Below are positions 21,001 to 29,821 of a stretch of 64,000 bases of DNA, piece after piece. Made by a program: the position numbers and the translations under genes. The notes below the pieces were generated by a model. That model was not told the DNA's origin, ran no database searches, and saw only the letters and a program-made list of their open reading frames with translations. Source of the DNA: an uncultured Chloroflexia bacterium (GTDB lineage: Bacteria; Chloroflexota; Limnocylindria; Limnocylindrales; CSP1-4). Each line of letters begins with the position of its first letter. Within the stretch, counting starts at the first letter, position 1. The DNA lies in the NCBI GenBank assembly GCA_963752475.1, contig CAVVYR010000008.1, positions 416,001 through 480,000 on the forward strand, read 5' to 3'.

Positions 21001-23252
21001 ACGTGCTGGGCGACGCGCCCGACGGCGGCCCCACCGTCTACGTCGTGGAGCCCAAGGGGCGTTCGGTCTTCATCGATGTGCCGCTGCCCTTCGAGCCCCG
21101 CGACCTGCTCGCCGATACCCATGCTGGACGCCCGGATCTCGACCGCACGGAGTTGCTGGCCGTCGCTGGCGACGGCCGTGTCGCCGGCGTCGAGATCGGC
21201 GGCAATGCCTTCGGCTGGCGCATCGTGGGCGTGCTCTTCGGAGCGCTCACCGCGGCCCTGGCTTACCTCTTCGCGCGGGTGCTGTTCGCGAGGCGAAGCA
21301 TCGCGGTCATCGCCGGGGTGCTGGTACTTGCCGAAGGCATGTTCTTCGCCAACACGCGCATCGCCATGAACGACGTCTACGTCACGGCCTTCGTGCTGCT
21401 GGCCGCGCTGCTCCTGGCCCCGCTCTACCTGGCGCCACGGCGACCGTGGACCGCAGCCGGACTCGTACTGGGAGCGGGCCTGGCGCTTGGCCTGGCGCTG
21501 GCCTCGAAGTGGGTCGCGCTCTACGCCGTCGGCGGCCTCGGCCTGTTGGTCCTCTTCCGTTCGGCGCTCGGGCGAGCCATCGCGCTGCTGGCGATGATCG
21601 GCATGACCACGGCCCTGGGCACGATGGCCGTGCAGCCCGATGCCGGACCTGACGTCACCCGCAACTGGGCCTTCCTGCTGCTGATGCTGGTGCTCACCGG
21701 CCTGCTGGCGGCAGCGATGATCCGGCGACCGATGCCATGGACGAGGGCAGAGGTGGTCCTGGCGGTGGTCATGCCGATGGTCGCGGGCGTGGCCCTGTTC
21801 CTGCTCCGTCAGCCGACCTACGGTGGGCTGGCCATGATCTTCGGCGTGGTCATCGCCATCATCGCCTTGATCGCGACCATGACCGGACATGGCCCCTGGG
21901 CCTCGGCCCGTCCCGTGGAGCCGGGTACCAGCGCCTGGCTGCGGCCGGGCCCGGTGCACGTGCTGCCCTGGCTGCTCACCCTGGCTGCGCTGACGGTCGC
22001 GCCGGTGATCGTGTACCTCATCTCCTACTCCCCCTGGGTGGAGCTGGGCAACGATTGGGGCTTGCCGCTGCTGGGCAGTCTCCCGTTCCTGGCCGAGAGC
22101 ACCGACGGCGGGCGAACGATGGCCTCACTCACCGAGTCCATGTACCAGTACCACGACAACCTGCGGGCGGAACACGCGGCTTCGTCGCCGTGGTGGGCCT
22201 GGCCGCTGGATCTCAAGCCGGTCTGGTTCTTCCAGGAGCGCTACGACGACGACACCACCGGCCTCATCTACGACAGCGGCAACCTCGTCATCTTCTGGCT
22301 CGGGCTCGCCGGCATGGCCTTCAGCGCCCTCATGGCCTGGCGCCGCCGCAGCCTCGCCCTGACCGTGGTCGTGGTCATGTGGGCCGCGATGTGGATGCCC
22401 TGGGCGCGCGTCGATCGCGCGGCCTTCCAGTACCACGTCTACGCCAGCTTGCCCTTCATGCTCACCGCTCTGGCCTACTTCCTGGGCGAGCTCTGGCACG
22501 GACCCAGCTGGCGCGTCTGGTTCCTGGCTCGGGCGACCGCGGCCGTCGCCATCGTGGCTATCCCGCTGATGTGGCTCCTGCGCACGCCGCTGTGCATCAT
22601 CGCCGGTACGGCCGTGGCCAACCCCGATGGCGTGGCCTGTGCCCATGAGGTGACGCGCACGGCCCAGCTGAGCGAGGCCGGCGTGACCGCGCTGTTCGTG
22701 ACCGGCGCCGGCGCGGCCATGGCCGCGGCCATCGGCTGGCGCGCATCACGCCGCGACACCGACCGCGGCCAGGCTCTGTGGGCGGCCGTGCTGGCAGCAG
22801 TGGCACTGGCGACCGCCGTGGGGGTCATCGCGGCGCTGGCCTTCCTCGACTCCGGCTCGACGACCGGCCTGACCGTGTCCTCGGACGTGCTCGCGCTCAT
22901 CGGACTGATGGTGCTGGCCTTCCCGGCGGCCATCGCGCTGCGCGCCCGTGACCCGCGCCGGTTCGTGCTGGGTGTGCTCGTGGCTGCCGGTCTCTGGCTC
23001 CTGCTGTGGTACCCGAACATCTCCGGCCTGCCCTTGCCCTCGGACTTCGCCCACCTCTATCAGGGCCTGCTGCCCACCTGGAACTACGACTTCCAGTTCG
23101 CGGTCAACACCGATCCTGCCAGCGACAGCGGGGTCATCCAGCCCGGCCTGTTCATCATCGGCGGTATCACGCTCGTGTTCGTCAGCGCGGTCGCTGCTGT
23201 CGCTCGCCGCTGGGGTGAGGGCGGTGGCACCGGGCCCGGTCCGTTGGCCTAG
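18081..23252 (+). CDS. Giant lipid-carrier-dependent glycosyltransferase: N-terminal GT-C fused to a protein O-mannosyltransferase (PMT/GT39)-like domain
   Basis: N-domain DYPP, WGQTD, KPQ, HERY; PMT-like YFDEVYH, HPHLAK, FGWR, RIAMND, ASKW, SSPWWAWPL, FQYH. Confidence 0.85.
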   Translation: MTSTPVGGVGRSPGEPVRRLSTLALSPAILVLLLAGLLLRLLVAYVLFPGSGFESDLASYASWADSMAEFGPWGFYDNAGFADYPPAYLYVLWLVGSLSSAAVGAADLIKLPPMLLDVAVAYVIFRLVRGWTWPAARSEAQALAAAALYLFNPVAFYDSALWGQTDAAGALVVLLGLAALIRGNSEGAAALAALAALVKPQFGVVLIPIVAAVLLKRHLLRSGSGPRHRPWAPAGLARWLGSHQGPVRLLTSLLLALGAFYLVVLPFGFGLDHEPAADPLLVSIVEAFEGLPQAFSVWPLAVIEYLERMFGTAGGYGYLTVNAFNAWALVGVDGGPSLAEALRWSDDSIRLVGPIPGVIIGAVLLVAGFLWGVGRAAIRDDRWTLIVAVTFLAIAFFILPTRVHERYIFPAVALMPLLAVVSGRWALALLLLSAGAFINMHGILTLPLYGTANIETLPLGEWFRTSPLITLSAVLQTGVGLWVAAQLRPSLHTSPDAFERGARASLSPPLETASAPTGFAPPPPAGASDDATSGGTIRPSLLDHLVARLSWGSLRRDRSALLRREPGGRIDRVDLLVLVVLVVLTLTLRGYRLDQPVRMYFDEVYHARTATEFLQHWEYGEPHDIYEFTHPHLAKYAMAWGIRVAGGNELTGTADLDMTAKDAAIERRWAPEGDPDRRHGDRLYVAGGDQLGVYDLATRELVARIPLAAEAVAVDEQAHQLYLADPAGRLSRIDTTWLDALRDGAETAPSAIADAATAFSFGPGAPVQQLLVTDNSLVAVTLGSITTFERESGELLSERFAVGIEDVIELPWTERLILDTRQIDDREGTASVLAEALAQDADDIEEVLSRDGYVTLAAWLEGETTETISGYIETGVLTGAEFESAPLLAVADTAGIDVLDAWGLDLLDHIPTDEPATSLALANPDDSEPTLYATAGESIETVRVSDDGLAIPDTVWMPGAVRDLAWNEPAELMHVLGDAPDGGPTVYVVEPKGRSVFIDVPLPFEPRDLLADTHAGRPDLDRTELLAVAGDGRVAGVEIGGNAFGWRIVGVLFGALTAALAYLFARVLFARRSIAVIAGVLVLAEGMFFANTRIAMNDVYVTAFVLLAALLLAPLYLAPRRPWTAAGLVLGAGLALGLALASKWVALYAVGGLGLLVLFRSALGRAIALLAMIGMTTALGTMAVQPDAGPDVTRNWAFLLLMLVLTGLLAAAMIRRPMPWTRAEVVLAVVMPMVAGVALFLLRQPTYGGLAMIFGVVIAIIALIATMTGHGPWASARPVEPGTSAWLRPGPVHVLPWLLTLAALTVAPVIVYLISYSPWVELGNDWGLPLLGSLPFLAESTDGGRTMASLTESMYQYHDNLRAEHAASSPWWAWPLDLKPVWFFQERYDDDTTGLIYDSGNLVIFWLGLAGMAFSALMAWRRRSLALTVVVVMWAAMWMPWARVDRAAFQYHVYASLPFMLTALAYFLGELWHGPSWRVWFLARATAAVAIVAIPLMWLLRTPLCIIAGTAVANPDGVACAHEVTRTAQLSEAGVTALFVTGAGAAMAAAIGWRASRRDTDRGQALWAAVLAAVALATAVGVIAALAFLDSGSTTGLTVSSDVLALIGLMVLAFPAAIALRARDPRRFVLGVLVAAGLWLLLWYPNISGLPLPSDFAHLYQGLLPTWNYDFQFAVNTDPASDSGVIQPGLFIIGGITLVFVSAVAAVARRWGEGGGTGPGPLA

Positions 23253-24523
23253 ACCTCCGAGGACACCTCGGGCTCGTTGCCTGCGGCCGCCGCCTCGGCC
23301 GCGGCCTTGAGCTCGGCCTGGCGCAGGGCCTGCGTCTTGCTCCAGAGGCCGGGGGCGCGGTTCGGTGCCTCGGGGATCCCGGCGGAGAAACCCGAAGGGA
23401 GCGCATCCCGCGCCGCCAGTCGTCGGATGACGAAGCCGTAGTAGTCCTCGACCTTGGCCGTGATGTTCTCCCAGCCGTACTGGACCGCCCGTTCCCGGCC
23501 GAACTCGCCCATGCGTTCGCGCTGTGCCGGATCGCGCAGCAGCGTGCCCAGCGCGGCCGCCAGGCCCTCCACGTCGCGAGGCGGCACGAGCACCGCCTGC
23601 TCGTTGCGGCGGACGACGCCCTTGTAGCCGTGGATGTCGCTGCACACGATGGGCGTGCCTGAGGCCATGGCTTCGAGCAACACGATGCCGAACAATTCCT
23701 GCCCGGTGGCGGGGCCGGCATAGATGTCAGCGGTGGCGAAGGCACGGGCCTTGTCGTGATCGGACAGTCGTCCCAGCATCTCTACGCCACCCAGGCGCCG
23801 GGACTGGATGTAGCGCCGAGCCTCACCGGCCTGCGGTCCGTTGCCCACGACGAGCAGCCGGCAGCCGAGCCCTTCGAGCCGTAGCTGGTAGTAGGCGCGC
23901 AGCAGGTACATCAAGCCCTTGCGCTGTTCGAAGCGGCCGACGAAGAGGATGTTGGGCACACCGTCGTTCCAGCGCGCGAACGGCGGCACGTCGTCGAACT
24001 GCGAGAGGTCGACGCCGTTGGGGATGACCTTGTAGTCACCTGGGAAGTAGCGCTTGATGAAGTGCATGGCAGCGGCGCTGACCGCGATGCGGCCGTGCAG
24101 CCGCCGCGCCGGCGTGCGCATGAAGCGCTTGCCGAACTCGTACGAGGGGCTGAAGCCCGAGTAGGCGTGGAAGGTGGCGATGTTGACGGCCTTCGAGTAG
24201 CGCAGGAGGACCAGCGAGAGGAAGGGCACGAACGGCTCGTGAAAGTGGATGACGTCGAAGTCCTCGCGCTCGAGCATGTCCTGCACCAGGCCGGGATAGC
24301 GGTGCGAGACCGTGAGCGTGCCGACCGAGCCGTTGGTCGGCACCGACCAGCCGTAGCCGAGACGGATGATGTCGCCCTCGCTGGAGCGCTGCGGCCCGTG
24401 GGTAGCGCTGATGATGCGTACGTCGTGACCGCGTTTGACGAGGTTCTCGTACAGATAGCCGACGTGGGCGTTGACGCCACCCGGCAGCGGGAAGATGTAG
24501 GGCGTGACGAGGCCGATCTTCAT
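23249..24523 (-). CDS. pimA: GT4 phosphatidylinositol alpha-mannosyltransferase (PimA-like)
   Basis: MKIGLVTPY...PGGV..HV, HEP, RKG, ELFGIVLLEAMA; in an operon with pgsA and acyltransferases. Confidence 0.8.
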   Translation of the reverse strand: MKIGLVTPYIFPLPGGVNAHVGYLYENLVKRGHDVRIISATHGPQRSSEGDIIRLGYGWSVPTNGSVGTLTVSHRYPGLVQDMLEREDFDVIHFHEPFVPFLSLVLLRYSKAVNIATFHAYSGFSPSYEFGKRFMRTPARRLHGRIAVSAAAMHFIKRYFPGDYKVIPNGVDLSQFDDVPPFARWNDGVPNILFVGRFEQRKGLMYLLRAYYQLRLEGLGCRLLVVGNGPQAGEARRYIQSRRLGGVEMLGRLSDHDKARAFATADIYAGPATGQELFGIVLLEAMASGTPIVCSDIHGYKGVVRRNEQAVLVPPRDVEGLAAALGTLLRDPAQRERMGEFGRERAVQYGWENITAKVEDYYGFVIRRLAARDALPSGFSAGIPEAPNRAPGLWSKTQALRQAELKAAAEAAAAGNEPEVSSEV

Positions 24524-25392
24524 GCCCCGTCCTCCTCGGGCAGCCCGGCCGCCTCGCGATCGAAGGCCACGGGCCGTGCCTTCCCGCCGGGGTAGCCCAG
24601 GTCACGCCCGGTGCCGTCGCGGCGGATCTTGCCGCGGATCTCCACGCCCAGCGCGGCCACGTTCTTGCGCGTCTGCTGAGCGAACATGCCGACCTGGCTG
24701 CGCCAGGCGTACTCGCTGCCCTGCCAGCGGGTGTCTCGTTCGGCCAACGCCCGCCGCAAGCTCTCCTCGACCGTGCCGGTGCATCGGATGAGCGTCTGGG
24801 TCGTGCCCACGTTCTCGCGCTTGTGGGCATCGGAACCACCGGTCGCGGCGATGCCCAGCTCCTCGGCCAGAGCCGGCGCCCGTCGGCTCCAGTGACGCAA
24901 GGCCTTCCCGGCGGTGGTGGGGTTGAAGCCTTCCATGCCGTCAGGGTGGAAGATCGGGTCGGCCTCGTCCATGAGCCTGCGGATGGTGCGCTCGCTGGCA
25001 CACAGCGGGTACGGCGGCAACGGGTGGGCGATGACGGCCAGCCCGCCCTGCTCATGGATGCGTGCGATCGTGTCCTTGAGCGAGTACCAGGGTCGGATGC
25101 GCTCGGTCATGAAGAGCCCCAGCAGATGCCCGCCGCGGGTGGAGACCTCCTCGCCCACGATGACCTCGATGGGCCAGCCGCGGTACTCGGCCATGGCCTT
25201 GCCTGCGACCGCGGCGTCCATGCGCTCGTGGTCCGTGATGGCGACCGCGTCAAGGCCGGCGTCGAGCGCTGCCTGGATCATCGCCTCCACGCCATGGACG
25301 CCGTCCGAGGCGAGCGTGTGCGTATGCGGGTCGATGCGCAGGAAGGCATCGCCGGCATCTGCCGCGGGCTGCTCTCGGGCCTCGTCATTCAC
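24520..25392 (-). CDS. PHP-domain metal-dependent phosphoesterase
   Basis: DPHTH..SDG, AITDH, GEEV, GHLL, AHP, GGSDAH all intact. Confidence 0.9.
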   Translation of the reverse strand: MNDEAREQPAADAGDAFLRIDPHTHTLASDGVHGVEAMIQAALDAGLDAVAITDHERMDAAVAGKAMAEYRGWPIEVIVGEEVSTRGGHLLGLFMTERIRPWYSLKDTIARIHEQGGLAVIAHPLPPYPLCASERTIRRLMDEADPIFHPDGMEGFNPTTAGKALRHWSRRAPALAEELGIAATGGSDAHKRENVGTTQTLIRCTGTVEESLRRALAERDTRWQGSEYAWRSQVGMFAQQTRKNVAALGVEIRGKIRRDGTGRDLGYPGGKARPVAFDREAAGLPEEDGA

Positions 25393-26414
25393 GCTTGCTC
25401 GTCGTCCTCCCAGATGGGGAAGAACAGTGTGGTCCATTGTTCCGGAGCGCGTGCGATGACCCGCTCCATCGCTCGCACCTCCTGCTCGATGATCTGGCGC
25501 ATGGCCTCACGACGCTTGGCACCCGGCTGGGGCCGAAGCGGGACGGTGTGGCCCAGCCAGCAGCCGTCGTCGCTACGCTCGATGGCCTCCAGATAGAGCG
25601 GCGCTCCCGTCTGGATCGAGAGCATGGCCGGCCCGATGGGCAAGCGCATGGGGCCACCGAAGAGCTCGACGAGGGTGCCGCGACCGACGATGTTGCGGTC
25701 GGCCACGATGCCCACGGCCTCGCCGCGTTCGAGGGCGACCGTGAGTGCTTCGGCCGCGTTCTCCAGCGGCACGATGGTGACGTCGAGGTCGTTGCGCACG
25801 CGCTCGAAGTAGGCTCGAGCCAGGGGCGCCTCCACGAACTCCATGGGTCCGGTCAGCGGCAGAGGACCGACACGCGCTCCATAGATGGCCGAGAGGTCGA
25901 CCGAGCCGAAGTGCATGGCCATGTGGATGGGTCCGGGCTCGCCCGGCTCCGGTACCGAGAGCGCCTCTGCCGAGACCTCCGGGTCGACCGGCTTGAACCG
26001 ACGGTCCAACTCCTCACCGCTATAGCGCGGGCCGATAGCGGCCTCGAGGTAGGTCACCACCCAGTGCCCGAAGCAATCGCGCACCAGACGGTCCAGCGAG
26101 CGCTCGTCGGCTGCCGCACGACGGACGCGAGGCGTGGCCATGTCGTTCTCCACGAGCCAGTCGACCACACGTCGCAGGTTCGACTTCACCAGCCGGCGCC
26201 GTTCGGGCAACAGCAGGTAGATGCCCGCGCCGATGGTGAAGGCCGAGCGATACAGCGGCCGGTCGGGCAGCCGGCGGCCCAGCCAGAGGACGAACATCAG
26301 GATCCTGAAGATGACACGCTGGAGGTGGTTGAGCGACGGACCCGGTGGGGGTATGGGCTCGGTGATCGACTCGGGTGGGGTCTTGATGAACGGCTCGTGG
26401 ATCCTCTCAGGCAT
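25389..26414 (-). CDS. Lipid A lauroyl/PatA-family acyltransferase (copy 2)
   Basis: HFGSVD (Hx4D), ADR, VELFG..LPIGPA, PEQW. Confidence 0.85.
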   Translation of the reverse strand: MPERIHEPFIKTPPESITEPIPPPGPSLNHLQRVIFRILMFVLWLGRRLPDRPLYRSAFTIGAGIYLLLPERRRLVKSNLRRVVDWLVENDMATPRVRRAAADERSLDRLVRDCFGHWVVTYLEAAIGPRYSGEELDRRFKPVDPEVSAEALSVPEPGEPGPIHMAMHFGSVDLSAIYGARVGPLPLTGPMEFVEAPLARAYFERVRNDLDVTIVPLENAAEALTVALERGEAVGIVADRNIVGRGTLVELFGGPMRLPIGPAMLSIQTGAPLYLEAIERSDDGCWLGHTVPLRPQPGAKRREAMRQIIEQEVRAMERVIARAPEQWTTLFFPIWEDDEQA

Positions 26415-27414
26415 CGGGCACCTCGGCTTCGATCGCGCGGCGCTCGAGCTCGGTGGCCTCGGCCTCGGTCGCCGGCCACATGGGCTTGAACGTATACCAC
26501 TGGTCGGGGGCCTCGGCGACCATGTCCTCAAGCGCATCGGCGATGCCCTGGGTCGCGGCAGCGAGCGTGGCGGCCGAGGTGTCGGCGACCTCGATAGGTT
26601 CGTACATCACGGGCCTGAAGTGCCCGTCCTCGGTCCGTCGCGCCACCACCGGCACGATCAGCGCGTTGGTGCGAGCAGCGAGCGTGGCCGGTCCGGCCGG
26701 TAGCGTGGTCCAGGCGCCGAACAGCCTCACCGGCAGGCCATCGGAGCGATAGCCCCAGTCCACGACCATGCCCAGGATGGCCGGCTTGCGCATGACGCGG
26801 AAGATGTCGCGCAGCTTTTTCCAGGGGATGATGGTCACGCCCCAGCGAGCACGCGAGGCGTTGAGCGACTCGAAGAGCTCCGGGAAGGCGGAGTCGTCGG
26901 CGAGGCCGTAGGTCGGCAGCCCCTCGTTGGCATAGGCCCCGGCGAAGACCTCGATGCTGCCGATGTGGCCGGAGACCGCGATGATGCCGCGGCCCTCGTC
27001 CCGGCACCGACGGCAGAGGGCGAGGAAGCGCTCGTGTTGCTCCCCTTCCTTGAGCATGAGCCGCTCGGGCTCGTCCGCGGGCAGGCCCGGCAGCCGCATG
27101 ACCTCGATGGCGAAGCGCGAGTAGGTGCCGTACACGCGGCGCGCCAGGCCGGCCACGTCCTTGTGCGAGACGGGCAGGCCCAGCACGTGGGCAGCGTTGC
27201 GCTTGATGATGTGCCGCTTGGACGGCCACAGGTAGTAGCCGGCGAGGAAGCCGAACTTCGCGATCGGCTCACTGATGCGCAACGGTACGCGCACCAGCAG
27301 GAAGGACACGGCGCGGAAGGCCACCACCACCATCCGTTCCCAGGCTCGGGAGACGACTCTCTCGAGCCGTCCCCGGTCAGTGCGGCGGTGTGGTGCGTAT
27401 TCGACGCCGGACAC
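26407..27414 (-). CDS. Lipid A lauroyl/PatA-family acyltransferase (copy 1)
   Basis: HIGSIE (Hx4E), VRLFG..LPAGPA, PDQW. Confidence 0.85.
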   Translation of the reverse strand: MSGVEYAPHRRTDRGRLERVVSRAWERMVVVAFRAVSFLLVRVPLRISEPIAKFGFLAGYYLWPSKRHIIKRNAAHVLGLPVSHKDVAGLARRVYGTYSRFAIEVMRLPGLPADEPERLMLKEGEQHERFLALCRRCRDEGRGIIAVSGHIGSIEVFAGAYANEGLPTYGLADDSAFPELFESLNASRARWGVTIIPWKKLRDIFRVMRKPAILGMVVDWGYRSDGLPVRLFGAWTTLPAGPATLAARTNALIVPVVARRTEDGHFRPVMYEPIEVADTSAATLAAATQGIADALEDMVAEAPDQWYTFKPMWPATEAEATELERRAIEAEVPDA

Positions 27415-27424
27415 GTCCCTCCGT

Positions 27425-28594
27425 TCAGGCGATGGTGACCGCCTCCTGCTCCGACACGGCCGCCAGGACCGCCTCGGCCTCTTCGACCGCGTCCGACTCG
27501 ACACCGGTCAGGGTCGCGTTGTCCTCACCCGAGATGAAGGCCTCGACGCGCTCGCGGGCGATGTCGTCATGCAGCTGCTCGGGCGGGCTCTTCATGAAGT
27601 ATGCCGAGGGAGCCACGAGCGTGCCTGCCAGACCACGATCGAGACCGATCTTGGCGCAGCGGATGGCGTCGGTGATGACGCCGGCGCTGTTGGGGCTGTC
27701 CCATACCTCGAGCTTGAGCTCGGCCAGCAGCGGCACGTCACCGAAGGTCGTGCCCTCGATGCGGATGTTGCAGAACTTGCGGTCCTCCAGCCACGGCACG
27801 TGGTCCGAGGGGCCGACGTGGACCGCGCCTTCGGGGAGCTCGTAGTCGAGCTGCGAGGTGACGGCGTTGGTCTTGCTGATCTTCTTGGACTCGAGACGGT
27901 CGCGCTCGAGCATGTTCTGGAAGTCGGTGTTGCCCCCGAAGTTCAGCTGGTAGGTCCGGTCGACCTGCACGCCGCGGTCATCGAAGAGGCGGGTCAGCAC
28001 GCGGTGGGTGATGGTGGCACCGACCTGGCTCTTGATGTCGTCACCGATGACCGGCAGACCGGCTTCCGCGAACTTGGCCTGCCACTCGGGCTCACGGCCG
28101 ATGAAGACGGGGATGGCGTTGACGAAGGCCACGCCGGCCTCGATGGCCTGCTCGGCGTACCAGCGGGTGGCATCCTCGCTGCCGACCGGCAGGTAGGAGA
28201 CGAGCACGTCCACATCAGCGGCCTTGAGCGCAGCCACGACGTCGACCGGCTGGGCCTCGGACTCGGGCACCACATCGGCCACGTAGCGGCCGATGCCGTC
28301 CATCGTCGGGCCACGCTGCACGGTCACGCCGATCTGGGGCACGTCCATGAACTTGATGGTGTTGTTGGGCTTGGCGTAGATGGCCTCGCCCAGGTCCAGC
28401 CCGACCTTGTTGGCGTTGACGTCGAACGCGGCCACGAAGTCGATGTCGCGGACGTGGTAGTCGCCGAGCTTGACGTGCATCAGGCCGGGGACGAACTGGT
28501 CCTCAGCGGCGTTCTCGTAGTAGTAGCGGCCCTGGATGAGGCTGCTGGCGCAGTTGCCGACGCCGACGATAGCGACGCGAACCTTGTTGCTCAT
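27425..28594 (-). CDS. ino1: Inositol-3-phosphate synthase
   Basis: [49 protein letters not shown]. Confidence 0.97.
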   Translation of the reverse strand: MSNKVRVAIVGVGNCASSLIQGRYYYENAAEDQFVPGLMHVKLGDYHVRDIDFVAAFDVNANKVGLDLGEAIYAKPNNTIKFMDVPQIGVTVQRGPTMDGIGRYVADVVPESEAQPVDVVAALKAADVDVLVSYLPVGSEDATRWYAEQAIEAGVAFVNAIPVFIGREPEWQAKFAEAGLPVIGDDIKSQVGATITHRVLTRLFDDRGVQVDRTYQLNFGGNTDFQNMLERDRLESKKISKTNAVTSQLDYELPEGAVHVGPSDHVPWLEDRKFCNIRIEGTTFGDVPLLAELKLEVWDSPNSAGVITDAIRCAKIGLDRGLAGTLVAPSAYFMKSPPEQLHDDIARERVEAFISGEDNATLTGVESDAVEEAEAVLAAVSEQEAVTIA

Positions 28595-28616
28595 TGGGGG
28601 AGTTCTCCTGCCTGTG

Positions 28617-29288
28617 TCAGTCGTTGTTCGGGTTGGGGTCTTGCGAGGTAACGAAGCGGATGCGCTGGATGACCGTGATCGACGCCAGCACCGCGATGAG
28701 GCCGAGGCCGATCGCGAGGATGAGGCTGCCGGTGTCGGACACTTCGGGGGTAACGTCGAAGATGCCGGCGACCACGACAGCGATGCCGAGGATGACCGTG
28801 CGGACTTCGCGTGGGGCGAAGCCGATGGCGGCCATGCCTGTGCCACTCGAGAAGCCGAGCGACTCGCTCTTGGCGCGGGTGTAGCTGACCATGAAGGCCG
28901 ACACCAACGCCGCGGTCGCCAGCCAGGCCCCGAGGTCGAAGCCTGCTCGCGTGGAACCGATGACGATGCCCAGATAGACGACCCCTTCGCCCCAGCGGTC
29001 GAAGGTGCTGTCCATGAAGGCACCGAGCTTGCTCACCTGCCCGGTAGCGCGCGCGACCGCACCATCGAACATGTCGAAACCCGCGCCGACCGTGGCCACG
29101 ATGCCGGCGAGGAGCCATAGTTCGAAGGCGGCCAGCACACCGCCGAGCGAGGCGATGCCGAAGCCGATGAGTGTGAGCATGTTGGGCGTGAGCCCTGCTC
29201 GATGCATGGCCAGGGCGATGGGCTCGACCCTGGCGCGGATACCGGAGCGCTGCTCCGGGCTGATGAACGATCCCTTGCCCACGATCAC
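28617..29288 (-). CDS. pgsA: CDP-alcohol phosphatidyltransferase, phosphatidylinositol-phosphate synthase-like
   Basis: [13 protein letters not shown]...[10 protein letters not shown] signature, SYTRAK; adjacent to ino1. Confidence 0.88.
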   Translation of the reverse strand: MIVGKGSFISPEQRSGIRARVEPIALAMHRAGLTPNMLTLIGFGIASLGGVLAAFELWLLAGIVATVGAGFDMFDGAVARATGQVSKLGAFMDSTFDRWGEGVVYLGIVIGSTRAGFDLGAWLATAALVSAFMVSYTRAKSESLGFSSGTGMAAIGFAPREVRTVILGIAVVVAGIFDVTPEVSDTGSLILAIGLGLIAVLASITVIQRIRFVTSQDPNPNND

Positions 29289-29554
29289 TCCTCCTCCTCG
29301 AGCCCCAGGAGCAGCAGCTCCTGAGCGTGGAACCGCAGCAGGGCCTCCCGGCCCAGGCTGCAGATGGTTTCGCGGCCTTGCCGGCGGGTCTCGACGAGAC
29401 CCGCGGCCCTGAGGCGGCGCAGGTGCCACGAGACGAGCGGTTGGCTCAGGTCGACGTGGCGCATGAGGTCGGTGACGGTGCCGTCGCCCGCCGCCAGTCG
29501 CTGGAGCATGCGCAGGCGCGTCGGGTCGGCGAGGGCCTTGTGCACCAAGGCCAT
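29285..29554 (-). CDS. ArsR/SmtB family transcriptional regulator (start uncertain)
   Basis: KALADPTRLRML, LSQPLVSWHLRRL..GLV..RRQGR. Confidence 0.9.
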   Translation of the reverse strand: MALVHKALADPTRLRMLQRLAAGDGTVTDLMRHVDLSQPLVSWHLRRLRAAGLVETRRQGRETICSLGREALLRFHAQELLLLGLEEEE

Positions 29555-29664
29555 GGTCTTGAGATCCGCGGGCGGATCGGTGACGGCGGCGATGGTGGAA
29601 CGGATTCGTGCCGGAGTCGGCAAGCGGCCCTCCGCTGGGAAGCTACAACACAACAATATGTATT

Positions 29665-29711
29665 TATATAAGCGGAAGTTGATGCTAGAGCGCCCGGGGA
29701 TGTCTTGTCAA
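29665..29711 (-). promoter_or_regulatory. Sigma70-like promoter of the arsR-pgsA-ino1 operon with an overlapping AT-rich putative operator
   Basis: TTGACA (29706-29711) - 18 nt - TAGCAT (29682-29687) on the minus strand; AT-rich tract at 29655-29684. Confidence 0.6.
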
Positions 29712-29821
29712 CCCATCGCCCGTGCGCGTACGCCGGGCGTCGCGCATCATTCCGCCATGCACTCGCCCGGCGCGGGCCTCAGGGAAGAGGTCGCGAGCTC
29801 CCTTCGTACTCGGGTCCCAGC

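Noticed and set aside
18966-21959. 997-aa minus-strand ORF, and similar long ORFs at 59226-61268, 38359-40314, 35935-37875 and 2584-4098
   Set aside because: Antisense or off-frame shadows of well-supported genes, expected in high-GC DNA; no family motifs
25389-27414. Lipid A biosynthesis
   Set aside because: No lpx genes in the window; the ino1/pgsA/pimA context points to PatA-like function
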